Assembly (NCBI GenBank): GCA_964387695.1
Contig: CAYLXI010000002.1
Span: 1 to 33,471 of the forward strand
From: an uncultured Piscirickettsiaceae bacterium
GTDB lineage: Bacteria; Pseudomonadota; Gammaproteobacteria; Thiomicrospirales; Thiomicrospiraceae
Direction of reading: 5' to 3'
Length of the DNA stretch: 33,471 nucleotides
Below the pieces are notes generated by a model, which did not search any database, was not told the origin of the DNA, and saw nothing but the letters and a program-made list of their open reading frames with translations. Shown here piece after piece: positions 1 to 8,361 of this stretch. Position numbers and translations under genes: made by a program. How positions within the stretch are numbered: the first letter of the stretch is position 1; each line of letters opens with the position of its first letter.

Positions 1-96
1 GTCTGTTTGGTCGCAAAGTTGAGAAACCTCATGCTTTGAAAGGGTTTGCAAAGAACCTGCTGGGCGAATTAATACTTTGTTGTCTAAGTTTTTCAT
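1..96 (-). CDS. ppnN: N-terminal 32 codons of nucleotide 5'-monophosphate nucleosidase PpnN/YgdH (runs off window start)
   Basis: Not in ORF track. ATG at 96 on minus strand gives MKNLDNKVLIRPAGSLQTLSKHEVSQLCDQTD, open to the window edge; resembles the PpnN/YgdH N-terminal pattern (I/V)xPxGS(L/M)xxLSxxEVxxL. Confidence 0.7.
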   Translation of the reverse strand, partial: MKNLDNKVLIRPAGSLQTLSKHEVSQLCDQTD

Positions 97-166
97 GATA
101 AATTAAGCCGTTGTCTTTTTTAACGCCCTAAATTATATATTAGGGACAATGTAACATGGAGGTATT

Positions 167-1270
167 ATGCGTGTAAAACAACCTTATGAAGAAGGTTTTT
201 TAATTGTTTTATTACTTTTGGCCGTGATTGGATTGCTATGGCTGTTTTCACCTTTTTTGGAAGCCCTTTTTTTTGCAATGATTTTAGCAACGGCAACTTA
301 TAGTCTTTATGAGTGGGTTTTGCCACGGGTTAAGCATTCAGAAACCTATGCGTCGGGTATTGTTAGCTTGGGAGTTTTTGTGACAGTGATTGCCCCGGTG
401 TCTTATTTGTTAATTGAAGTAAGTTTCCAGATTGGGCATCTATATGCACAAGCACAGGATTGGTTAGCGTTACAAACGCCAGAATCTTTAGGTGAGGCAA
501 ATTCTAAGTTATTAAGTTGGCTATCTTTAGATATAGATACTCAGCAAAGACTGCTGAGTCAGGTAAAAGATAATGCTGAGACGATTATTGCTTTTGTGCA
601 AGAAATTATTGTTTTTTTAGTTCAAGGAGTCGTGGGCAGTACGGCCTCATTTTTAGTGTTTATTTTATTATCAACCTTTGCCTTGTTTTTTTTCTATAGA
701 GACGGTCATCGTATTGCCAATCATTTAAAAGTGTTGTCTCCACTTGAAAATCATTATGACACTATGATTATGACTCGATTTGCTAATTTATCAACCGTAT
801 TGCTATTGTCTATTTTAGGGATTGCATTGCTACAAGGAATTTCATTTTTTATTGTAGCTTTAATATTGGGCTTACCAGCTTTGTTTATTGGCATGGCAAT
901 AGCGATTGCTTCTTTTATTCCTATTGTTGGGGCAACTTTAGTTTGGTTTCCTGTGGCACTTTTTTTAATTGCTACGGGTGAATTTGTAAGTGCTGGGGTT
1001 GTTATCTTTTTTGGAGCCGTGATTAATGGCTTTGTTATTGATAATGTGATGCGCCCGATTCTGATTAATAAAATTGCCACGACATTTAGCCGTGATGGGG
1101 AGGGTTTAAACGCTGCCAACCACACCTTAATTACGGTGCTGTCAACTTTTGCAGGATTAATTCATTTCGGCATAATAGGATTGTTTTTTGGTCCTGTTAT
1201 AGCAGCCATGGCAATTACAGTGATTGAGGTTTATGAGCATAAAAACTCTCATTTACTAGATAAGAGTTAA
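167..1270 (+). CDS. AI-2E family (PerM/YdiK-like) transporter
   Basis: 367 aa polytopic membrane protein with FFFYRDG, IPIVG, DNVMRP and GLFFGP motifs; GGAGG RBS at 158-162. Confidence 0.9.
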   Translation: MRVKQPYEEGFLIVLLLLAVIGLLWLFSPFLEALFFAMILATATYSLYEWVLPRVKHSETYASGIVSLGVFVTVIAPVSYLLIEVSFQIGHLYAQAQDWLALQTPESLGEANSKLLSWLSLDIDTQQRLLSQVKDNAETIIAFVQEIIVFLVQGVVGSTASFLVFILLSTFALFFFYRDGHRIANHLKVLSPLENHYDTMIMTRFANLSTVLLLSILGIALLQGISFFIVALILGLPALFIGMAIAIASFIPIVGATLVWFPVALFLIATGEFVSAGVVIFFGAVINGFVIDNVMRPILINKIATTFSRDGEGLNAANHTLITVLSTFAGLIHFGIIGLFFGPVIAAMAITVIEVYEHKNSHLLDKS

Positions 1271-1352
1271 AATCCAAATCCTTACTTAGAAAACTGGCAT
1301 ATAGCACTATGTTTTGCCCGCTATATCCAATTTCTAAGTAGGGATTTGGATT
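1271..1352. mobile_element. MITE-like palindromic repeat, copy A (82 bp)
   Basis: aatccaaatccttacttagaaa (1271-1292) and tttctaagtagggatttggatt (1331-1352) are 22-bp inverted repeats with 1 mismatch; internal ctggcatatagcac is shared with other copies. Lies between convergent genes. Confidence 0.85.
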
Positions 1353-1374
1353 AATATGATACCTTTGAGATGAT

Positions 1375-2319
1375 TTACAGGCGATCCATTAGGTTAGGGT
1401 CGTCTATATAGCCGTTTTTAATGCCTTTGGTCACAATGGCAACGGCATCGTGTGGATGTAAGCTTTCTAAGTGATTCATTCTAACCCAATAATCTAAAAA
1501 ATTAGGGTTAGATTCTAGCTTATTTTGCATGCGTCTTGAAGCATCTTCGCAGAACATTAAGTTTGCAGCATTAAGTCGGGCAAATTCTTGCTCATCTTCG
1601 CGTTTTACTGTTGCTTGTACAGGCGTTTGTACCGCGTCTTCAATTTGGTTGATGATGTCTGATAAATCTAAGGTATCTACCGTGGCAACTTTTAGCTTTA
1701 CCTGAGCATAAGAACGCTGGCTGTGAGGGGTAGCACAAATACCTTCTGGAGATCCCAGCCAGTTAATAATGGTTTGGTAATCTAGCTGCTTATCGTTAAA
1801 ATTTTCTTCAAAAGCTTCTTGAATTAATTGACGAGATAGGGCAGCGGAACAGGGGCAGGTAGATGAATAGGGGACAGTAATCGCAATTTCGCATTCAAAT
1901 TTACCGCTACGCATTTCTCCTCGCAAAATGGTTGGGTAATGCTTCCACCCGCTGTTATCACTTTTTAAAGATTGACGCCTTTCATAGTAATCAAGCTGAA
2001 ATTCAACAAAAGCATTGTTGCTAAGGTTTTGATGAGAGTCAATAAATGCTTTAAGGATATCTTCAATTCGCTTAGGAGAAAGAGGTTCTGCCGAGCCCAT
2101 TTCATCTAAAATTAAAAATAGGCGAGACATATGAATGCCTTTGCTTTCCGCATCATCTAAGCTAACATATGCCTGTACTAGAGATGAAAGTTTAAGGTTC
2201 TCGGGTTCTTTGGTCGAGATAATAATGGGCAGTTCAATACCGCTCATTCCAACCCAGTTTAGTTTTCCTTGTGCGCCTTGATTTGGCTGACAGGCGATAT
2301 CGGGCATGTGCTTCGTCAT
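1375..2319 (-). CDS. folE2: GTP cyclohydrolase IB (FolE2)
   Basis: Motifs WVGM, KGIHMSRL, YSSTCPCS, ATPHSQRS, VKREDEQEFA, FCEDA, ESLHPHDA. Confidence 0.95.
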   Translation of the reverse strand: MTKHMPDIACQPNQGAQGKLNWVGMSGIELPIIISTKEPENLKLSSLVQAYVSLDDAESKGIHMSRLFLILDEMGSAEPLSPKRIEDILKAFIDSHQNLSNNAFVEFQLDYYERRQSLKSDNSGWKHYPTILRGEMRSGKFECEIAITVPYSSTCPCSAALSRQLIQEAFEENFNDKQLDYQTIINWLGSPEGICATPHSQRSYAQVKLKVATVDTLDLSDIINQIEDAVQTPVQATVKREDEQEFARLNAANLMFCEDASRRMQNKLESNPNFLDYWVRMNHLESLHPHDAVAIVTKGIKNGYIDDPNLMDRL

Positions 2320-2385
2320 GCAATTTCCTTCGTCATGGGGCTATTTAAATGAACTTGCATTATGTTTTCAAGTCATTAGTTTATA

Positions 2386-2545
2386 AACCAAAATCCCTAC
2401 TTAGAAAACTGGCATATAGCACCAGCTCTTGCCCGTTATGCATTCACAAAAAATACTTTCTTAGTTTTAAACCAAGACTTTTTGCAAACACTTAGCGAAC
2501 AAGCTCTAGCACTTTATATCCAGCCTCTAAGCAGTGATTCGAGTA
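2386..2545. mobile_element. MITE-like palindromic repeat, copy B (longest, 160 bp, TA-flanked)
   Basis: TA(2384-5)|aaccaaaatccctacttagaaaactggcatatagcaccagc...gcactttatatccagcctctaagcagtgattcgagta|TA(2546-7); imperfect ~30-bp terminal inverted repeats, no ORF. Confidence 0.85.
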
Positions 2546-2711
2546 TAAAAATTGAATAAACCTTGTTAAATAGCCAGTTGTGATAAAACCTAAATAAAAT
2601 ATAGGTATTTGAATAAAAAATAGCATTCTAGCAGAAAAACCTAGCGATAAACTAGGTTAATTTTGTTTTTAGTTTTTTTACAAGACAAAGAAATTATATT
2701 TAGCCATTTTA

Positions 2712-4052
2712 TTAAAGATCTTTTCCTTCAAGTAGCTCATTAATAATATCTTCTTGGTGAAGTGTGATTTTTAGTTTTTTACAGATTATTTTTGCGTCTC
2801 GGTAGGCGTTACCTAAACAGGTGGTTGCACCTGGTGAGGGTGTCATGTTAAAAATTATATTGCCATTTTCGGGAACGATGCTGGCTTCACCTAGCTTGAG
2901 TTCCATGGTTTTTTTGTCTATAACTTGCCCACGAATTCCACCATAGCCTTTAGCATAACAAAGATTTTCAGTGGTTAAATCAGGGATGATTTTTTGAGCA
3001 TCTTTAGCAAATAGTTTTTTATTAAGAACAGGTACTTCAAATAAAAAGTTACGAAAAATATAATTACGGATAGTGCTGTCTTTCATTAAATTCCAAAAAA
3101 CTTTTAGCACTTTGCGGTCAAGCTTTAAGCTTTTCCAAAAGTCTAAGTAAGTCCCTCCAGTGTATCTTTCCAATTTTGGCATAGCAAGAGCAGTAGGTCC
3201 TAAACGGGTTTTATCAGGTTCTGTAATGTCTGGGTCGCCATGCAGAGCGGCAAAAGGAAGTTTGTCGTTTTGCATGGTATAAACTTTACCATTTAGGGTT
3301 TTAGGAATAAAGTAAAAACTGCCTGCCATAGGTAAAATAGACATGTCCATGCCATAGCCTAATTGGTTGGCTAGCATTAAACTGTGCGCACCCGCAGAAA
3401 CAACGACAAACTTTGCCATAAAAGTGCCTTGGGCAGTTTGTAGCTCAAAACGATCATCAAATTGTACAATCCTTTCTACTTTGGAGCTTAAGGAGACTTG
3501 TATTTCTTTGCCTGTATGTCGAGCAGAGTCAATGAATGATTTTGTTAAAATGCCATAGTCCACCGCAGAGTATTCGTTAGTGCAGCCAGAAGCCAAAATC
3601 TTTTCTGGGCGAGGATGACCATTTTTTAGGGCAACACTTGGTTCTACCTCTGCAATGCGTTGGGCATTCCAAAGTTCCATGTAGGGGAAGTCGGCTTTAA
3701 ATTCTTCATGGCGTTTTTCTAGTCTTTCACATTCATCGTCGCCAACAGCTAAAATCATTTTAGGGAACTTGAAAAGAAAGTTGTTTTTAGGAACTTGTTC
3801 AGAATATTTAACCAGCATATTTGCTGTTCGTTTAACGGAGATGGCTTTTTCAAGAGTATAATTGGTTTCAATATCTCCGCAGTGTAAAGTTTGGCTGTTG
3901 CTACGAGCGTTAGAGTTAAGCGGAGCTAAAGAACCATATTTTTCTATGATAGCAATAGTTTTGGTATCGGAATATTTTGCTAAAATATAGGCAAGAGAGG
4001 TTCCTGTAATACCTCCGCCAACAATGATGACATCAAAAACTCTATTTTGCAT
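2712..4052 (-). CDS. mqo: Malate:quinone oxidoreductase, Helicobacter/Campylobacterota type (MqoB-like FAD oxidoreductase)
   Basis: GGGITG FAD motif followed by NSQTLHCGDIETNYT, LPFAALHGDPD and FNMTPSPGATTCL, as in H. pylori-type Mqo. Confidence 0.85.
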   Translation of the reverse strand: MQNRVFDVIIVGGGITGTSLAYILAKYSDTKTIAIIEKYGSLAPLNSNARSNSQTLHCGDIETNYTLEKAISVKRTANMLVKYSEQVPKNNFLFKFPKMILAVGDDECERLEKRHEEFKADFPYMELWNAQRIAEVEPSVALKNGHPRPEKILASGCTNEYSAVDYGILTKSFIDSARHTGKEIQVSLSSKVERIVQFDDRFELQTAQGTFMAKFVVVSAGAHSLMLANQLGYGMDMSILPMAGSFYFIPKTLNGKVYTMQNDKLPFAALHGDPDITEPDKTRLGPTALAMPKLERYTGGTYLDFWKSLKLDRKVLKVFWNLMKDSTIRNYIFRNFLFEVPVLNKKLFAKDAQKIIPDLTTENLCYAKGYGGIRGQVIDKKTMELKLGEASIVPENGNIIFNMTPSPGATTCLGNAYRDAKIICKKLKITLHQEDIINELLEGKDL

Positions 4053-4132
4053 AAGAAAATTGTAACCTGAGAATATTAAATTAGTATGTCATTGTACCTT
4101 AATCCTCATTATATTAAAAAGGACTTAATTTT

Positions 4133-4837
4133 ATGGTTATTAAAAATGCAGTATTGATTACAGGAGCAAGCCAAAGAATAGGCTTTTATCTGGCAGAATC
4201 TTTTTTAAAAGAAGGTCTTTATCCTGTCGTATTTACTTACAGAACTTTTCGCCCAGGTGTTCAGGCTTTAATTGATCAAGGAGCGACTGGGATTCAAGTG
4301 GATTTTACCGTTAATAAAAGCTTGTATGATTTTCTTGAAATTTTACCTAAAAAAATATTTAGTTTGCGAGCGGTAGTGCATAATGCATCTTTATGGATAA
4401 AAGAAGATCGTTTAAAAGATTTTTCTTGTCATTATCAAGAAATGTTTCAGGTGCATATGATAGCTCCTTACCTCGTTAATAAAGCTTGCTATCCTTTGCT
4501 TAAAAAGGCATCTCATCATATAAAAGATATTATTGCGATTAGTGATGCAAAAACTAAACAGGGTGATGACAGTCAAATTGCTTATCTAGCCACTAAGGCA
4601 GGTTTGGAGTCAATGACCAAGTCTTTTGCTCAAGCCTTTTCACCTGAGGTTAAAGTGAATGCGATTTTACCAGGCCTGGTAATTTTTAATGAAGATGATT
4701 CAGAAAATTATAAGGCCAAACGACTCGCAGAAATGGCAATTTCTATAGAACCAGGAGCGGATATTATTTGGCAAAGTGTGCAGCACTTAATGTCTTTGCC
4801 AAATACCACAGGACAGGCAATAAGTCTAGGGTCTTAA
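4133..4837 (+). CDS. folM: Dihydromonapterin/pteridine reductase (SDR family)
   Basis: ITGASQRIG, VHNAS, YLATKAGL (YxxxK), VKVNAILPG; near folE2. Confidence 0.8.
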   Translation: MVIKNAVLITGASQRIGFYLAESFLKEGLYPVVFTYRTFRPGVQALIDQGATGIQVDFTVNKSLYDFLEILPKKIFSLRAVVHNASLWIKEDRLKDFSCHYQEMFQVHMIAPYLVNKACYPLLKKASHHIKDIIAISDAKTKQGDDSQIAYLATKAGLESMTKSFAQAFSPEVKVNAILPGLVIFNEDDSENYKAKRLAEMAISIEPGADIIWQSVQHLMSLPNTTGQAISLGS

Positions 4838-4839
4838 GT

Positions 4840-4907
4840 TTCCCGCACCCCTACTTAGAAAGTTGGCGTATAGCACCACCAGTTTCTACTAAGCAGGAAT
4901 TCGGGTA
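4840..4907. mobile_element. MITE-like palindromic repeat, copy C (68 bp)
   Basis: ttcccgcacccctacttagaaagttggcgtatagcacc...ccagtttctactaagcaggaattcgggta; fills almost the whole gap between the convergent folM and rluF stops. Confidence 0.8.
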
Positions 4908-4910
4908 AAA

Positions 4911-5756
4911 TTATCCTCTAGATTTTTGTACAATCTTTTTTGTTCTTAAATTTTTGGGTTTTTTAAGGGTGCTGGTATTGTGATTTGTATGTAATGAAGT
5001 TTTTTTAGTTGAATGACTTGCGGTTTTTTGCGAGCTTGAGAGTGCTTGGTTTATTTCGGACATTTCTTCTTTAGTTAAGTTGCGCCATTGCCCTACTTTA
5101 AGGTTTCCTAGTGTTACATTCATAATTCTAGAACGGATGAGTTTTGTAACTTTGTAGCCTAAATATGTACACATGCGACGAATTTGGCGGTTTAACCCTT
5201 GGGTTAAAATAATGTTAAATACATATTGGCTGTGTTTTTGAACTTTGCAGGGTTGAGTTGTTGTGTCTAAAACAGGAATGCCTTTTGACATTCTATTAAT
5301 AAAGTCAAGTGTAATAGGGCGGTTAACCGTAACAATATATTCTTTATCATGGGCATTTTCAGCACGCAAAATTTTATTAACGATATCACCATCATTGGTT
5401 AAAAATATTAAACCTTCAGAAGGTTTGTCTAAGCGGCCAATAGGGAAAATTCTTTGGGGGTGATTAATGGCATCGGTGATGTTGCCAGCAACAGATTTTA
5501 ATGTGGTGCAGGTAATGCCAATGGGCTTGTGGTAAGCGAGATAGATTCTGTCAGTTTTATCTGCCGCACAGGCTAGAATTCTCTGCCCTTTTATAAAAAC
5601 TTCATCATCATGAAATACTTGAGTGCCAATGGGAGCAATTTCTCCATTTATAGAAACACTTTTCTGTTCAATAAGCTGATCTGCTTCACGTCGAGAACAG
5701 TAACCAGAGTCACTAATGAACTTATTAAGGCGAATACTTTGAAAGGATTTTGGCAT
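4911..5756 (-). CDS. rluF: 23S rRNA pseudouridine synthase F
   Basis: N-terminal S4 domain (RLNKFISDSGYCSRREAD), GRLDKPSEGL catalytic motif, QGLNRQIRRM. Confidence 0.92.
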   Translation of the reverse strand: MPKSFQSIRLNKFISDSGYCSRREADQLIEQKSVSINGEIAPIGTQVFHDDEVFIKGQRILACAADKTDRIYLAYHKPIGITCTTLKSVAGNITDAINHPQRIFPIGRLDKPSEGLIFLTNDGDIVNKILRAENAHDKEYIVTVNRPITLDFINRMSKGIPVLDTTTQPCKVQKHSQYVFNIILTQGLNRQIRRMCTYLGYKVTKLIRSRIMNVTLGNLKVGQWRNLTKEEMSEINQALSSSQKTASHSTKKTSLHTNHNTSTLKKPKNLRTKKIVQKSRG

Positions 5757-5886
5757 TAAATATTAATTCGATTTATTTATTGTCATTAAAACGACCCCCT
5801 AAGGAATCGTTTAAATCAAGCAAGATAGTTGCTTGTTATTTCATTTTAGAGTAACATTTTTTAATTATATATTTTTGGAGAATATT

Positions 5887-7773
5887 ATGTGCGGAATTGT
5901 TGGAGGAGTAGCAGAAAGAAATGTGGTACCTATTTTATTGGAAGGCTTGCGTCGTCTAGAATATAGGGGTTATGACTCTTCTGGTATTGCTGTATTAAGA
6001 TTAGGCGACAAGGAATCACAGGGTTCTAAAAACGCTACCGATATTTTGCGTCAAAGATCTTTGGGTAAAATTAAAAATTTATCTCAAAAAATTGAACAAA
6101 GTACTGAAAAGTTTTCTGGTCAGACAGGCATTGCTCATACTCGCTGGGCAACACATGGTGTTCCTTCTGAAAACAATGCCCATCCTCATATCTGCAATGA
6201 TCAAGTAGCGGTTGTGCATAATGGAATTATTGAAAATTATCAAACCCTTAAAGCTAAACAAGTTTCTCAAGGACATAACTTTACTTCAGAAACGGATACA
6301 GAGGTTATCGGTCATGCTATTTATGACGAACTAGATAAAGCTCAAGGAGATTTATTTGAAGCCGTTACTCAGGCTGTTAAACAGTTTGAGGGAGCTTATG
6401 CTTTGGGGGTGGTTTCTGTTGATGATTTGGGCATGCTTGTTGCCGCCAGAAAAGGCAGTCCTTTGGTGATTGGAGTAGGGATAGGTGAATATTTTATTGC
6501 CTCTGATGTATCCGCTTTATTGTCAGTGACGCAAAGATTTATTTTTTTAGAAGAGGGTGATATTGCCAAAATCCAAAAAGATAAGTTAGAAATATTTGAT
6601 GCCAAAGGACAAAAAGTCGAAAGGGTTATTAAACAATCTAATCTTTCTGCTCATTCAGTTGATCTTGGCAAGCATCGCCATTTTATGCATAAAGAAATTT
6701 TTGAGCAGCCTCAGGCGGTGACGAATACTTTAGAGGGTAGAGTCACCAAAGATACGGTTCTTGTGTCTGCCTTTGGTCATCAGGCAGAAGATATTTTTAA
6801 AGGAGTTCAACAAGTTCAAATTATTGCCTGTGGTACAAGTTTTCATGCCGGTCTGGTTGCTAAATATTGGTTTGAAGATATTGTAGGAATGCCTTGTCAG
6901 GTAGAGGTTGCAAGTGAATATCGTTATCGTAATCCTGTAGTGGTTGATAATATGTTATTTGTAACCATTAGCCAATCGGGTGAAACCGCAGATACTTTAG
7001 CCGCATTACAACAAGTTAAGAGTTTTAAAAGCACAAAAAATATTTCAACGCTAAGTATTTGTAATGTTCCTGAGTCTAGTTTAACCCGTGAATCAGATTT
7101 AACCTTTTTAACGCATGCGGGTCCAGAAATAGGTGTTGCTTCAACAAAAGCTTTTACAACACAACTTGTTGCTTTGTCTTTATTAATGGTGGCAATAGGC
7201 AGAGTGAATCACAAGATTTCAGCAGAACGAGAAGCTAGCATTGTTGAGGGATTACATAAATTGCCAGGTTTGCTTACTAAAGTTTTAGGCCATGAAGATA
7301 GAATAAAAGAAGTGGCAGAAATGTTTTCAGATAAGAAAAATGCATTGTTTTTAGGCAGAGGAGTTATGTACCCTATCGCACTTGAGGGGGCGTTGAAACT
7401 TAAAGAGATTAGCTATATTCATGCTGAAGCTTATCCAGCAGGAGAGCTTAAGCATGGGCCTTTAGCTTTAATTGATGAGCAAATACCTGTTGTTGCTATT
7501 GCCCCAATGAATGGCCTTCTTGAAAAAATAAAATCTAACCTACAAGAAGTTAATGCTCGTGGTGGTCAGATGATTGTGTTTGAAGATGCAGAGTCTGGAA
7601 TTAGTTCAGAAAAAGATTTTACCGTCGTAAAAACGACCACAAATGTTGGTAGAATTACCGCACCCATTGTGTTTAATATTCCGCTTCAGCTCTTGAGTTA
7701 TCATGTTGCCTTAATTAAAGGAACTGATGTTGATCAGCCTAGAAACTTAGCCAAATCCGTTACAGTAGAATAG
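5887..7773 (+). CDS. glmS: Glutamine--fructose-6-phosphate aminotransferase
   Basis: True start is ATG 5887 (MCGIVG, catalytic Cys; GGAG RBS 5877-5880), not 5833; HTRWATHG; ends PRNLAKSVTVE. Confidence 0.98.
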   Translation: MCGIVGGVAERNVVPILLEGLRRLEYRGYDSSGIAVLRLGDKESQGSKNATDILRQRSLGKIKNLSQKIEQSTEKFSGQTGIAHTRWATHGVPSENNAHPHICNDQVAVVHNGIIENYQTLKAKQVSQGHNFTSETDTEVIGHAIYDELDKAQGDLFEAVTQAVKQFEGAYALGVVSVDDLGMLVAARKGSPLVIGVGIGEYFIASDVSALLSVTQRFIFLEEGDIAKIQKDKLEIFDAKGQKVERVIKQSNLSAHSVDLGKHRHFMHKEIFEQPQAVTNTLEGRVTKDTVLVSAFGHQAEDIFKGVQQVQIIACGTSFHAGLVAKYWFEDIVGMPCQVEVASEYRYRNPVVVDNMLFVTISQSGETADTLAALQQVKSFKSTKNISTLSICNVPESSLTRESDLTFLTHAGPEIGVASTKAFTTQLVALSLLMVAIGRVNHKISAEREASIVEGLHKLPGLLTKVLGHEDRIKEVAEMFSDKKNALFLGRGVMYPIALEGALKLKEISYIHAEAYPAGELKHGPLALIDEQIPVVAIAPMNGLLEKIKSNLQEVNARGGQMIVFEDAESGISSEKDFTVVKTTTNVGRITAPIVFNIPLQLLSYHVALIKGTDVDQPRNLAKSVTVE

Positions 7774-7869
7774 TTGTTTAGTCCCTAGTTTTTATGTATT
7801 AAAAAGAGTGATTATAAATGACAATTTAGGGTGTTATTGACTTTTAAGAAGTTTTATAACATCCTGTCT

Positions 7870-7946
7870 GCGTTCGTAGCTCAGCTGGATAGAGCACTGC
7901 CCTCCGGAGGCAGGGGTCGGAGGTTCGAATCCTCTCGAGCGCACCA
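7870..7946 (+). tRNA. tRNA-Arg (anticodon CCG)
   Basis: 77-nt cloverleaf GCGTTCG...CGAGCGC-A-CCA; D-arm AGCTCAGCTGGATAGAGC; anticodon stem CTGCC/GGCAG with loop CTCCGGA; GGTTCGAATCC T-arm; argX-like. Confidence 0.98.
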
Positions 7947-7953
7947 TTATTTA

Positions 7954-8000
7954 ATGGCATCCCAAATACCTAAGTTGGGATTAGGGGTGTCCATTTTTTT
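7954..8000 (+). terminator. Probable intrinsic terminator after tRNA-Arg; core is a collapsed copy (J) of the MITE-like repeat
   Basis: Imperfect hairpin atggcatcccaaatacc-taagtt-gggattaggggtgtccat followed by a T run; core 7959-7988 matches both repeat termini. Confidence 0.55.
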
Positions 8001-8013
8001 GCAAATGACTAGC

Positions 8014-8361
8014 TTAAAATATGTTTTGAAGCCAATTAATTTCATGATTAAGCAAGCTAACCAAGTCAAATTGCATCGGGCTATTTTGGTATTGAGGGTG
8101 TTTAAGTAAAAAAATTTGGGCACATTTAATTAAGCGTTGTTGTTTGGTGTGTGTTATAAACTCAGCAGGGTGTCCAAAGTTTGAGTTTTTTCTAGCTTTA
8201 ACTTCAATAAAGTGCAAAACATTTTCTTTAAGAATAATCAGATCTATTTCACCCCCCTTACAGTAATAATTTTTTTCAATTATTTGACAGCCTTGTTTTG
8301 TTAGAAATTTAGCTGCTAAGCCTTCTTCTTTAGCCCCTTTTCTTGCTTTTTTAAACAGCAT
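8014..8361 (-). CDS. yraN: YraN family (UPF0102) putative endonuclease
   Basis: GxxxExxA, GEIDLI, FIEVKAR motifs; downstream of lpoA as is typical. Confidence 0.93.
   Translation of the reverse strand: MLFKKARKGAKEEGLAAKFLTKQGCQIIEKNYYCKGGEIDLIILKENVLHFIEVKARKNSNFGHPAEFITHTKQQRLIKCAQIFLLKHPQYQNSPMQFDLVSLLNHEINWLQNIF

Noticed and set aside
5833-5886. 18-aa N-terminal extension of GlmS in the ORF track
   Set aside because: GlmS needs Cys at position 2; the RBS and ATG at 5887 define the real start.
7837-7865. Sigma70 promoter for the tRNA (TTGACT...)
   Set aside because: No -10 hexamer at an acceptable spacing that leaves room for a start before 7870.
7740-7869. attTn7 site after glmS and tRNA 3' end as integration hotspots
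   Set aside because: No Tn7 end, tns genes, integrase or duplicated tRNA 3' end; both sites look empty.
7831-8109. 92-aa ORF on + strand
   Set aside because: Spans tRNA-Arg and runs antisense into yraN; a shadow ORF.
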